A DNA stretch of 64,000 nucleotides from an uncultured Verrucomicrobiae bacterium (GTDB taxonomy: Bacteria > Verrucomicrobiota > Verrucomicrobiia > Limisphaerales > AAA164-E04): assembly GCA_951813855.1 (NCBI GenBank), contig OX638380.1, positions 3,934,518-3,998,517 of the forward strand. The letters are read 5' to 3'. Below, piece by piece: positions 8,157 through 17,589 of the stretch. The first letter of the stretch is position 1, and every line of letters starts with the position of its first letter. A model generated the notes under the pieces. That model searched no databases. It was not told where the DNA came from and saw only the letters and a list, made by a program, of their open reading frames with translations. The translations under genes and the position numbers were made by a program.

Positions 8157-9554
8157 TCACTGTTCCAGCAGGGCGAGCAGGCGGGAAAATACGGCGGTCG
8201 AACCGAGGGTCGGACCTTTGCCGGGAACGTCGTTCGCTCCGATCATCAGGGGATAATCCAATTCGTCCGGGGGACAAATGCCGTGGGAGCCTTTGATCAG
8301 GCCGGCGTCGAGGGGAATGACGTCCAGTAACATGCGCAGGCCTATTTTTTTCTGGAACAGGCGCCAGGCGATTTTCACTGTGGGCAGGGAGAGTTTCGGG
8401 TCGAGAAATAATTCGACCGGATCGTAGCCCGGTTTGCGATGAATATCGACGCAGCGAGCGAAGTCGGGAGCCCGGCGGTTGTCCAGCCAGTAGTAATAGG
8501 TAAACCAGGCGTGGGGGGCGGCGACCGCGATCAGATCGCCCGCTCGGCGATGATCGATGCGACGGCGGCGCTTCCCCTGACGATCCAGCACTTCGGCTAC
8601 TCCCGCCGTCTGTTCGATCAGTTGTCGCACTTCGGACTCCAGACTCGGGTCTTGCAGGTAAACGTGGCAGATTTGGTGATCGGCCACGCCGAAGACCCGG
8701 CTGCGCCCGCAGTCGAGCAGTTCGAGCCCGAGTTCTTCCCGAACGGTTAACCAGCCCCGTTTTCGGAATTCCCGATTAAGGTGGATTGGCAGAGAGACTT
8801 CGCCGATGCCGTATTCGGACAGGAGGCACACCCGGACGGCTTCCCGGGAAAAAAAGTCCAACAGATCGCCCAAGATTTCGTCTAGCTTCCGGTAATCTTC
8901 TTCGATTCGCGGATCGTTGGGGCCGAAACGTTGGAGGTTATAGTCCAGGTGCGGCAGGTAAATCAGTTGCAGGTCGGGGCGGTGATGCCGTTCGGTTTCT
9001 TTGGCGGCCTCGGCGATCCAGCGCGATACCGCGTCCGGCGCCCCCTGGGGAGTGCGCTGTCCGGCCGCCGGGCCCCAAAAGGTCGGGAACGGAAAATCTC
9101 CCAAGGTTTTTTTCAATCGCGCTCCTAATTCCGGGGGTTGGGCGTAGATATCGAAAACCTTCCTGCCGTCTGCCGGATACATGGGGCGGGGGGTGACGGA
9201 ATAGTCCGCGCTGGAATACATATTGAACCACCAGAAGAGTTTGGCGCAGACGAAATCAGGGCGGTCGTGACGCAATCGTTCCCAGAGTTTTTCGCTTTCT
9301 ACCAAGCGGTTGGATTGCTTCCAGAAATGCACTTCGGCCAGTTTCCGATGATACCAGCCGTTACCGACTACGCCGTGTTTCGCCGGCGGTTCGCCGGTCA
9401 GATAATCGCTTTGGGCGGTACACGTGAGCGCAGGGAAAGCCGGGCGAATCGGGTTCCAGCCCGTACGGTCGCGCCAAGCGGCGGTGCGGGGCATCGCCGG
9501 GCCGAGGGCGCGGCCGCATAAGCCGACGGCGTTGATGACTGCGAGCCGGATCAT
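8157..9554 (-). CDS. alkaline-phosphatase-superfamily protein (nucleotide pyrophosphatase/phosphodiesterase-like)
   Basis: Shows PALTCTAQSDYLTGEPPAKHGVVGNGWY (Thr nucleophile region), IYLPHLDY and KGSHG, as in type I phosphodiesterase/NPP proteins. Its start overlaps the upstream gene's stop by 4 nt. Confidence 0.85.
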   Translation of the reverse strand: MIRLAVINAVGLCGRALGPAMPRTAAWRDRTGWNPIRPAFPALTCTAQSDYLTGEPPAKHGVVGNGWYHRKLAEVHFWKQSNRLVESEKLWERLRHDRPDFVCAKLFWWFNMYSSADYSVTPRPMYPADGRKVFDIYAQPPELGARLKKTLGDFPFPTFWGPAAGQRTPQGAPDAVSRWIAEAAKETERHHRPDLQLIYLPHLDYNLQRFGPNDPRIEEDYRKLDEILGDLLDFFSREAVRVCLLSEYGIGEVSLPIHLNREFRKRGWLTVREELGLELLDCGRSRVFGVADHQICHVYLQDPSLESEVRQLIEQTAGVAEVLDRQGKRRRRIDHRRAGDLIAVAAPHAWFTYYYWLDNRRAPDFARCVDIHRKPGYDPVELFLDPKLSLPTVKIAWRLFQKKIGLRMLLDVIPLDAGLIKGSHGICPPDELDYPLMIGANDVPGKGPTLGSTAVFSRLLALLEQ

Positions 9555-10807
9555 TGAGGAGCGGAGTGATTCCGATCCCGGATCAGATCCATGGCCTCGA
9601 TGACTCGGGGCAGTTCCATGGCGTGAACGTTGACCCCGTGCCCGATCGCCTTCAAGAGCGTGATGGTCAGTTTGCCGCCCAGGTGTTCGCGAAATTCTTC
9701 CAGTCCGCGCAGGACGATCCGTTCACCGTCGGAATCGGTGTGATGCAGTTCCGGGGCGTAGATTTCCAGTCCCATGCCGGTCAACAAGCGAAGCACTCGA
9801 GTTACCGAGCGGTCGTCAAGTAAGCCGATCAAGCCGGAGTACACCGTATCCAAGGCGATGCCGACCGCGACCGCCTCGCCGTGCCGCAACCGGTAATCGG
9901 AGATCTGTTCCAGCTTGTGCGCCGACCAATGTCCGAAATCCAGGGGGCGAGCCGAGCCGAATTCGAACGGATCCCCGGAATTAGCGATATGTTCCAGGTG
10001 CAGGCGCGCGCAACGGTAAATCAGTCGTTCCACGGCCGGAGTTTGCAAGTCCCGGAGTTGGGCGGCGTCCGCTTCCAGACTTTCGAAAAAATCCCGGTCC
10101 CGAATCAGCGCCACCTTCACCGCTTCGGAAAAACCGGCGCGTTTGTCGCGGTCGGGCAGCGATTGCAGGAAGGTGACGTCGTTGACGACGGCGTGGGGCG
10201 GGGCGAAGGTGCCGATGAAGTTCTTTTTGCCGAAGGCGTTGATGCCGTTTTTGACTCCGACTCCGGAATCGTTCTGGCTCAGGGTAGTCGTCGGGATGCG
10301 AACGTGGCGAACTCCCCGGTGGGCTGTGGCGGCGGCCAAACCGATCATGTCCAACAGGGCGCCCCCGCCGATCGCTACGACGTAGGAATGACGATCGATA
10401 TGGTGCCGGTCTAGCCGGGAATGAATTTCCGAGACGTGAAAAAAGGAGTTCTTGACCCGTTCCCCACCCATCATGAGGACCGGGGAAGTGACCAGGGAGA
10501 GGGCGTCGTCGTGGCGATCGAACCAGTCCTTGATCTGGGAAGTCAGCGAGGGATTGCCCTCGGCCACGGCCTCTTCGACGAAGACGATCACCTTGACCTT
10601 TTGTTGGTCGTGATTATCCACGAACAGGTCGCGGAGCAAGGGATTGTCCGGCTCGAAGACGCCTCGAGCGAAGAACACGCGATGGTTCCAGCTGACCTCG
10701 ATGGTTTTTTCTATGGAATCCACTCCGGCGACTTTGCCTGTTTTCGTTCCGGATTTCGAGATTGCATCCGAATCGGGTGGCCGGGGCGTAAATGACTCAA
10801 GCGGCAA
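9551..10807 (-). CDS. 3-dehydroquinate-synthase-family sugar phosphate cyclase
   Basis: Shows VVAIGGGALLDMIGLAAA, GVGVKNGINAFGKKNFIGTF and RLRHGEAVAVGIALD (metal-binding His), which are the DHQS-like fold signatures. The context is not a shikimate operon. Confidence 0.85.
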   Translation of the reverse strand: MPLESFTPRPPDSDAISKSGTKTGKVAGVDSIEKTIEVSWNHRVFFARGVFEPDNPLLRDLFVDNHDQQKVKVIVFVEEAVAEGNPSLTSQIKDWFDRHDDALSLVTSPVLMMGGERVKNSFFHVSEIHSRLDRHHIDRHSYVVAIGGGALLDMIGLAAATAHRGVRHVRIPTTTLSQNDSGVGVKNGINAFGKKNFIGTFAPPHAVVNDVTFLQSLPDRDKRAGFSEAVKVALIRDRDFFESLEADAAQLRDLQTPAVERLIYRCARLHLEHIANSGDPFEFGSARPLDFGHWSAHKLEQISDYRLRHGEAVAVGIALDTVYSGLIGLLDDRSVTRVLRLLTGMGLEIYAPELHHTDSDGERIVLRGLEEFREHLGGKLTITLLKAIGHGVNVHAMELPRVIEAMDLIRDRNHSAPQ

Positions 10808-11168
10808 TCGGTGCTCGATTGAGCGTCGAAAAGATCTGGCCGGCCGCCGGTTCGGATGCGGCAGGTTGTCGTTCCGGGACCGGAGACGGCTGATCGGTGG
10901 CTTGCGGTCAGGCTTTCAAGGAGAGTCGATCGGGAGGGGGCATGATTGACGGAAAACCGGAGGGAAAGAAAGTTATCCCGTAGCGCCCGGCGATCGAGAA
11001 CGCTCGTTGACCTGGGGGTCGGCGACCACCGGCGGTCAACTCGAAATCCTTCGGGGGCACCGGTCAGGATCGGAGAAAGCGCGTGGAATCGACCGAGGCG
11101 CCGGATTCGCCGGTTGCTTTTCGATGTGACTTTTTTCTCTGGTTTTTGCAGTTTGACTCGATAGTTCA

Positions 11169-12599
11169 TTGATGACATCGCCTTCTTCAACTTCTCGCAG
11201 CGGACGTTTCCGGCAACCGGCCTCTGGCGATGTGATCGAATTCACCGAATCGGTTTCCTTCGATTATCGCCTCTGGCGGCAGGATATTATCGGTTCCATG
11301 GCTCACGCGAAAATGCTGCGGCGGATCGGCGTGTTGAACGAGGAGGAACTCAAGGGCGTGTTGGAAGGCCTGGAGCAAATCGGCCGGGAAATCGAACAGG
11401 GCGAATTTCAGTGGGATCGCAATCTGGAGGACGTCCACATGAACATCGAAGCCGCCCTGACCGATCGGGAACCGGCCGGAGCCAAACTGCACACCGCCCG
11501 GTCCCGGAACGATCAGGTCGCCTTGGACTTGCGGATGTGGTTGCGGGATCAGATTGTCGAGTTGCTCGGCGACGTGGAAGGATTGCAACGAGCTCTGCTC
11601 GGCTTGGGCCAGCGGTCCCGGTCGGTAGTCATTCCCGGATACACGCATCTGCAACGAGCGCAACCGGTCCCGCTGGCTCATCATCTTTTGGCGTACGTCG
11701 AAATGTTGGAACGGGACAAGGCCCGTTATATCGATTGTTTTGACCGGATTAACGTCTGTCCCTTGGGCAGCGGGGCTTTGGCGGGTTCGACCTTGCAGGT
11801 CGATCGCGAACCGGTGGCCCGGGAGTTGAATTTCCTGGATAGCGAAGGCCAACCCAAAGTCAGTCAGAATTCCATGGATGCCGTCAGCGATCGCGATTTT
11901 ATCGTCGAGTTTTTGGCCGCTTCGGCACTGGCGGCGGTTCATCTGTCGCGGTTGTCCGAAGATTTCGTGTTGTGGTCCAGCGCGGAGTTCGGGTTCGTGA
12001 CGACGGCCGACGCCTACACCACGGGATCCTCGTTGATGCCGCAGAAAAAGAATCCGGACCTGGCCGAATTGACTCGTGGCAAGTCGGGACGGGTGATCGG
12101 CAATCTTATGGCGGCCTTGACTATGTTGAAGGGCTTGCCGATGACCTATAATCGCGATTTACAGGAAGACAAGCAGCCGCTGTTCGATACGGCGGATACC
12201 ATGCGGACGTGTTTGCAGATCACCGCGGCGATGATCGATCACACCGAGGCGAAGGCCGAGTTCTGCAACCGGGCCGCCGGTGATGCCGCGTTGTTGGCGA
12301 CCGACTTGGTAGATTACCTGGTCGAGCGGGGAGTGGCGTTTCGTCACGCCCACGGCATCGTAGGCAGCGTGGTGGCCTTGGCCGAGCGGCTAGAACGGCC
12401 GATGGAAGCGTTATCCCTGGACGAACTCCGTTCGGTCGATCAGCGCTTCGACGCGGAAGCCCTGAAGGTGTTCTCCTTGGATCGTTCCTTGCGGGAACGG
12501 CGGGGCAGCGGCGCCTCCGGATGGGAGGAAGTCGAGCGGCGGCTGGATTATTGGCACAATCTCTTGGAAGATGAGTCGAAGAACGGTTCGCCAGCCTGA
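11169..12599 (+). CDS. argH: argininosuccinate lyase
   Basis: Shows SGRF...FDYRLWRQDIIGSMAHAKML, TARSRNDQVALDLR, GYTHLQRAQPV and the GSSLMPQKKNPD signature. Confidence 0.95.
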   Translation: MMTSPSSTSRSGRFRQPASGDVIEFTESVSFDYRLWRQDIIGSMAHAKMLRRIGVLNEEELKGVLEGLEQIGREIEQGEFQWDRNLEDVHMNIEAALTDREPAGAKLHTARSRNDQVALDLRMWLRDQIVELLGDVEGLQRALLGLGQRSRSVVIPGYTHLQRAQPVPLAHHLLAYVEMLERDKARYIDCFDRINVCPLGSGALAGSTLQVDREPVARELNFLDSEGQPKVSQNSMDAVSDRDFIVEFLAASALAAVHLSRLSEDFVLWSSAEFGFVTTADAYTTGSSLMPQKKNPDLAELTRGKSGRVIGNLMAALTMLKGLPMTYNRDLQEDKQPLFDTADTMRTCLQITAAMIDHTEAKAEFCNRAAGDAALLATDLVDYLVERGVAFRHAHGIVGSVVALAERLERPMEALSLDELRSVDQRFDAEALKVFSLDRSLRERRGSGASGWEEVERRLDYWHNLLEDESKNGSPA

Positions 12600-13617
12600 T
12601 ACCCTGCTTGCCGAATTGCTGCCGGCGGTTTCGCGATCCTTTTATCTGTCCCTCAGAGTGTTGCCGGCCGCGGTCCGGAAGCCGATCGGAATAGCCTACT
12701 TGCTCGCCCGCACTTCGGATACGATCGCCGACACCGAATGGATCGAGGCTTCCCGTCGCGAGGCGGCGTTGCGGCAACTGGCGGATTGGATCCGGGAGGA
12801 CGGGGGAGAACCCTGCGATTTTACGCCGTTCCTCGCCCGTTGCGAAAACGAGGCCGAAAGAATCTTGCTGGAACGGGCCGGAGAAAGCGTCGAACTGCTG
12901 GAAGCGGAAGATCGTTGGGAACGCGAACAGATCCGTAAGGTGCTGGGTCATATCGTCAGCGGTCAAAGTCTGGATTTGCAGCGATTTAGTCTCGCCTCGT
13001 CCGACAAGATCGTCGGCTTGGCGACCGACGACGAATTGGAAGATTACATCTATCGAGTGGCCGGTTGTGTCGGCGAATTCTGGACCCGCATTTGCTTCGG
13101 GCTCGTGGGAAAGAAAGACCGGGAACCGCCGGCCCAGCTGTTGCAGGACGGCGTTCGTTTCGGCAAGGGATTACAGTTGATCAATATCCTTCGCGATCTG
13201 GCTTCCGACCTCGGACAGGGGCGTTGCTATCTTCCCGCAGAAGCATTGGCCGAATTGAACTTGACGCCGGAAGAGTTGAACCGTGCGACGGTCGGCCCGA
13301 AACTCGAACCCCTGATGTCGCGTTACATCGGCCGGACCAGGGAGTATCTCTTGTCCGGGTGGCGTTACACGAACGCTTTGCCTTGCCACTGGTTTCGCAT
13401 TCGCTTGGCATGCGCCTGGCCGATTTTGATCGGATGGCGAACCTTGGATGCATTGCCGGCAGACGATCCGCTCGATGCGAACCGCCGGGCCAAGATTACC
13501 CGCGGGGCAGTGCGGGCCGTTATGATCCGTTCCTTGCTGGCTTATCCGTTTCCCTGGTTTTGGCGGCGGTTGGTTCGAGACAGCGGCGATTCGAAAGTTC
13601 GAACGAGCCCGGGGTGA
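12571..13617 (+). CDS. squalene/phytoene synthase family protein (HpnC/HpnD-like)
   Basis: Shows SRSFYLSLRVLP, the first Asp-rich motif SDTIAD, YIYRVAGCVGEF, and INILRDLASDLGQGRCYLP as the second motif. The predicted start overlaps the end of argH by 29 nt. Confidence 0.85.
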   Translation: MSRRTVRQPDTLLAELLPAVSRSFYLSLRVLPAAVRKPIGIAYLLARTSDTIADTEWIEASRREAALRQLADWIREDGGEPCDFTPFLARCENEAERILLERAGESVELLEAEDRWEREQIRKVLGHIVSGQSLDLQRFSLASSDKIVGLATDDELEDYIYRVAGCVGEFWTRICFGLVGKKDREPPAQLLQDGVRFGKGLQLINILRDLASDLGQGRCYLPAEALAELNLTPEELNRATVGPKLEPLMSRYIGRTREYLLSGWRYTNALPCHWFRIRLACAWPILIGWRTLDALPADDPLDANRRAKITRGAVRAVMIRSLLAYPFPWFWRRLVRDSGDSKVRTSPG

Positions 13618-13665
13618 TTCCGGTCTAGGTGATTTTAGCCGGCGCGGCCGGCCTAACTGGCGAAA

Positions 13666-14964
13666 ATGCACGATTTTTCTTACAAGGACGGTGAGTTATA
13701 TTGCGAAGAAGTCCCGCTTGCGGCCATTGCGGACGAGTATGGCACTCCCGTTTACGTTTATTCCAGCGCCACGATCATAGACCATTTTAACAAATTGGAT
13801 CGCGCCCTGGCCGAGTTGGATCATCTCATTTGCTACGCCATCAAAGCCAATTCGAATCTCGCTGTCTTACGGTTGCTCGCCGGGCTGGGAAGCGGTTTTG
13901 ACGTGGTGAGTCGCGGGGAACTCGCCCGTGTTCAGGCCGCCGGCGGTCAAGGCGGCGACTGTCTGTTCGCCGGAGTGGGCAAGACCGTGGCGGAAATCGA
14001 GCAAGCTTTGCAGGCGGGAGTCTACGCTTTCAATGCGGAGAGCGAACCCGAACTGGAACGCATCGATCGAGTGGCCCAGCGGCTGGGGGTGAAAGCTCCG
14101 GTTTCCGTTCGGGTCAATCCGGATGTCGACGCCGGCACCCACTCCAAAATCACGACCGGCACCTACGAAAACAAGTTCGGCGTCGCGATCGAGCGGGCGG
14201 AGCGGGTTTACGAAATGGCGTCCCGCTTGCCGGCTTTGCGGATCCGGGGAGTGCATATGCATATCGGCTCGCAACTGACTTCGGTAGCTCCGTTCGAGAA
14301 TGCCGTGCGGAAACTGTTGCCTTTGGTAACCCGGTGCAAAGAACGATTCGGGATCGAGTTTTTCAGCATCGGCGGAGGCATGGGCATCGTGTACGAATCG
14401 GCTTTGGCGAGCGGGCGCTCCGATTGGTGGCGGCGGGAGGAAGCGGCTACTATTCTGACGCCTCAGTCCTACGCGGAAATCATGGTTCCCTTGCTCCAGC
14501 CTTTGGGATTGAAAATCCTGGTCGAGCCCGGACGGTTCATCGTCGGCAACGCCGGCGTGTTGCTGACCCAAGTGGAGTACGTCAAACGAACCGGCCAAAA
14601 GAATTTTGTCATCGTGGACGCCGCGATGAACGATTTACTGCGGCCGGCGTTTTACGGGGCCTATCACGAAATCGTCGCGTTGCGTCAAAACTCGGAGCTC
14701 GCCATACCCACCGACGTCGTCGGCCCCATTTGCGAATCGGGAGATTATTTTTGTCAGGATCGGATGATCCCCCGGGTTCGGGAGGGCGACCGCTTGGCAT
14801 TGCTGAGTGCCGGAGCCTATTCCTTCGTCATGGCCTCTAACTACAATACCCGGCCGATGCCTTGCGAAATCATGGTCCGGGGTAATCGGAGCGATATGAT
14901 CCGGCAACGCGAAAGCACCGAAGCTTTATGGGCGCAAGAACGACTGCCGTCCTGGCTCGAGTAA
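13666..14964 (+). CDS. lysA: diaminopimelate decarboxylase
   Basis: Shows YAIKANSNLAVLRLL (PLP Lys), HMHIGSQ, GGGMGI and CESGD. Confidence 0.95.
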   Translation: MHDFSYKDGELYCEEVPLAAIADEYGTPVYVYSSATIIDHFNKLDRALAELDHLICYAIKANSNLAVLRLLAGLGSGFDVVSRGELARVQAAGGQGGDCLFAGVGKTVAEIEQALQAGVYAFNAESEPELERIDRVAQRLGVKAPVSVRVNPDVDAGTHSKITTGTYENKFGVAIERAERVYEMASRLPALRIRGVHMHIGSQLTSVAPFENAVRKLLPLVTRCKERFGIEFFSIGGGMGIVYESALASGRSDWWRREEAATILTPQSYAEIMVPLLQPLGLKILVEPGRFIVGNAGVLLTQVEYVKRTGQKNFVIVDAAMNDLLRPAFYGAYHEIVALRQNSELAIPTDVVGPICESGDYFCQDRMIPRVREGDRLALLSAGAYSFVMASNYNTRPMPCEIMVRGNRSDMIRQRESTEALWAQERLPSWLE

Positions 14965-15014
14965 ACCGGGTTGTCGTTGCCTCGCAGGTTTCCGCTTTCT
15001 AAAATGGCCGAGCG

Positions 15015-16559
15015 ATGGCGGACGAGAACGGCATAGTTTATTTAGTGGGCGCGGGGCCTGGCGATCCCGGTTTGATGACGCTTCGGGGAAGCGAGTTGCT
15101 GGGCCGGGCCGACATCGTGGTTTATGACGCCTTGGTCAATGCCGAGTTGCTGCGGTTGGCCTCGGCCGAAACGGAGTTGATCTACGCCGGCAAGCGGTCC
15201 CGGGAGCATGCGATGTCTCAGGCTGAATTAAACGATTTGCTGGTGGGGCGTGCCCGGGAAGGAAAGGTCGTGGTCCGGCTCAAGGGAGGAGACCCCTACG
15301 TATTCGGCCGGGGAGGCGAGGAAGCCGAAGCCTTGAGGGAATCGGGTGTAGCCTTTGAAGTCGTTCCGGGCATCAGTTCGGTCGTCGCCGCCGCCAACTA
15401 TGCCGGCATCCCGTTGACTCATCGGGATTGCTGTTCGGGTTTCGCCGTGATTACCGGCCACGAAGATCCGGAAAAACCGGATTCCATGATCGATTGGCGG
15501 CATTTCGCCGGCATGCCGGGCACCAAGGTCGTGTTGATGGGGATGGAGTTGTTGCGGGCGATTTGCGACCGGCTGGTCGCTTGCGGCATGCCGTCGGCCA
15601 CCCCGGTGGGCATCGTTCGTTGGGGAACGACGGGACGGCAGGAAGTGTTGACGGGTACGTTGAACGATATCGCCGACCGGGCGAAGGAGGCCGGAATGCG
15701 AGCGCCGGCCATTACGGTGATCGGGGAGGTGGTGCGCCGGCGCCGGCAGCTGAATTGGTTCGAAGAGCGGCCGTTGTTTCCCCAACGGGTAGTGGTGACG
15801 CGAACCCGGAAACAGGCGAGTCAGTTATCCCGGCGATTGTTCGAGTTGGGAGCCGACGTCCTGGAGATCCCCACGATTCGCATCGGCCCGCCGAAACGGA
15901 AGGAACTGCTGGTCGATGCGCTGGCTTCCCTGGGAGAATACGATTGGCTGGTGTTTACCAGTCCCAACGGAGTCGAATCCTTTTTCCGGTATTTTTTCCG
16001 GGTGTTCGACGATATCCGGGCCTTGGGCAATCTCCGGATCGCGGCGGTGGGGCCGGCTACGGCCGCCAAGATCGAGGCGTTGCATTTGTGCGTTGACGCG
16101 ATGCCTAAAAAGTATCTGACCAAGGAAGTCGTCAACGCGATTCAAGAGCGCGAGAGTATCGATCATCTCAAGATTTTGTTGGCCCGGGCCGAGGTCGCCG
16201 GCGAGGAGTTGCCCCGCTTGCTGACCGAAAGCCGGGCCATCGTGGACGACGTTCCCGTTTACGAAACGCAACTGGAGGAGGAAGACCGTACCGGCGCGGC
16301 GGCGCGGTTTCGTGAATCCGGGGCGGATTGGATCACGTTCAGCAGCAGTTCGACGGTCGCCAATTTTCATCAACGATTCGATTTGACAGCGATCAAACGG
16401 AAACATCCGGCCGTCAAATTGGCGTCCATCGGCCCGGAAACCAGTTCCGCTTTGCGGAAACTGGGACAGCAGCCTGACATCGAAGCCGAAGAGCATACGA
16501 TCGCCGGACTGGTATCGATTTTGCTTCGGACGATTCGCCCGGAGGGACAAATCTCCTGA
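15015..16559 (+). CDS. cobA: bifunctional uroporphyrinogen-III C-methyltransferase / uroporphyrinogen-III synthase
   Basis: The N-terminal half has VYLVGAGPGDPGLMTLRG...VVYDAL...RLKGGDPYVFGRGGEE (SUMT). The C-terminal ~250 aa looks HemD-like (RVVVTR...LVFTSPNGV...ITFSSSSTV). Confidence 0.9.
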   Translation: MADENGIVYLVGAGPGDPGLMTLRGSELLGRADIVVYDALVNAELLRLASAETELIYAGKRSREHAMSQAELNDLLVGRAREGKVVVRLKGGDPYVFGRGGEEAEALRESGVAFEVVPGISSVVAAANYAGIPLTHRDCCSGFAVITGHEDPEKPDSMIDWRHFAGMPGTKVVLMGMELLRAICDRLVACGMPSATPVGIVRWGTTGRQEVLTGTLNDIADRAKEAGMRAPAITVIGEVVRRRRQLNWFEERPLFPQRVVVTRTRKQASQLSRRLFELGADVLEIPTIRIGPPKRKELLVDALASLGEYDWLVFTSPNGVESFFRYFFRVFDDIRALGNLRIAAVGPATAAKIEALHLCVDAMPKKYLTKEVVNAIQERESIDHLKILLARAEVAGEELPRLLTESRAIVDDVPVYETQLEEEDRTGAAARFRESGADWITFSSSSTVANFHQRFDLTAIKRKHPAVKLASIGPETSSALRKLGQQPDIEAEEHTIAGLVSILLRTIRPEGQIS

Positions 16560-16620
16560 CGGGCGGGAGATTATCTTCTGGCTTGAATCGGGAAAAAAAA
16601 GCTTTAGTCTGCCCCGTTCC

Positions 16621-16654
16621 GACCTGCGAAAAATCCCGATCGGATTCGCAGGTC
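16621..16654. terminator. strong hairpin between cobA-hemD and the CBM48 gene
   Basis: GACCTGCGAA-N14-TTCGCAGGTC forms a perfect 10-bp stem 62 nt after the cobA-hemD stop. There is no U-tract, so terminator function is uncertain. Confidence 0.3.
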
Positions 16655-16693
16655 GACGGGACCGAGACGGCAAGATGGTACGGATAAGTCGTA

Positions 16694-17005
16694 ATGAATA
16701 CCGGCAGGGAAAACGAAAAAAGGCATCGTTATTCGGCCAAGAATACGGTGGTTCAGGTCAATTTTATGTGCGAAGCGCCGAAGGCCAAGGCGGTATCGGT
16801 GGTGGGTGATTTCAACGATTGGAATCCGGAAGCCAATCAAATGGAGCGTCATCTGGACGGCTATTGGAAGTCCAGCATTCAGATTACGACCGGGCATCAC
16901 TGCTATCAGTTCCTGGTAGACGGCGAACGGCAACTGGATCCTCGGGCGAACGGCGTGGTCAAACTCAACGGAGATTCCCGGGCTTCGTTGCTGTCGGTGA
17001 GTTGA
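16694..17005 (+). CDS. glycogen-binding (CBM48 / AMPK-beta-like early-set) domain protein
   Basis: VSVVGDFNDWNPEANQMERHLDGYWKSSIQITTGHHCYQFLVDGERQLDP matches the CBM48 pattern. Confidence 0.7.
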   Translation: MNTGRENEKRHRYSAKNTVVQVNFMCEAPKAKAVSVVGDFNDWNPEANQMERHLDGYWKSSIQITTGHHCYQFLVDGERQLDPRANGVVKLNGDSRASLLSVS

Positions 17006-17026
17006 ACCGGGCCGGCCGGTTTGCGA

Positions 17027-17512
17027 TTAATCGGCGGCGAGCCGTTTTTCCTGGAAAAACTCCTTGAGCAGTCGGGCGCATTCTTCCTGCCTGACGCCGC
17101 CCTTGACTTGGCATTGGTGGTTGAACGACAGAAAGCGGAGCAGGTTCAGGGCGCTGCCTGCGGCGCCGCTACGGGTATCCGAAGCGCCGTAGAAGATGCG
17201 GCCGAGGCGGGATTGAACCATGGCTCCGGCGCACATGGCGCAGGGTTCCTTGGTGACGTACAGATCGCATTCGTTTAATCGCCAGTCGTTCAGAGCCGCT
17301 GCCGCTTGAGTGATCGCCTCCATTTCGGCGTGAGCCGTAGCGTCCTTTAACAGTTCCACATGGTTGTGGGCTCGGGCGATGATGGTTTTGCGGTGCACGA
17401 TCACCGCGCCCACGGGAACTTCCTCCGCCCGGAAAGCCTTCCGGGCCTGACGCAGGGCCTCTCCCATGAACCATTCGTCGCTGGAAAGATCGATGATCGG
17501 TTCGAAACTCAT
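17027..17512 (-). CDS. tadA: tRNA adenosine(34) deaminase
   Basis: Has the HAEMEAI and PCAMCAGA zinc-binding motifs and is 161 aa long. Confidence 0.93.
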   Translation of the reverse strand: MSFEPIIDLSSDEWFMGEALRQARKAFRAEEVPVGAVIVHRKTIIARAHNHVELLKDATAHAEMEAITQAAAALNDWRLNECDLYVTKEPCAMCAGAMVQSRLGRIFYGASDTRSGAAGSALNLLRFLSFNHQCQVKGGVRQEECARLLKEFFQEKRLAAD

Positions 17513-17589
17513 ATTCCGTCGAGTACCTTACCCTTTAGGCTGAACTTCACGAAGAGAATTAACACTGTTTTGCAATAAAACCATTGATT

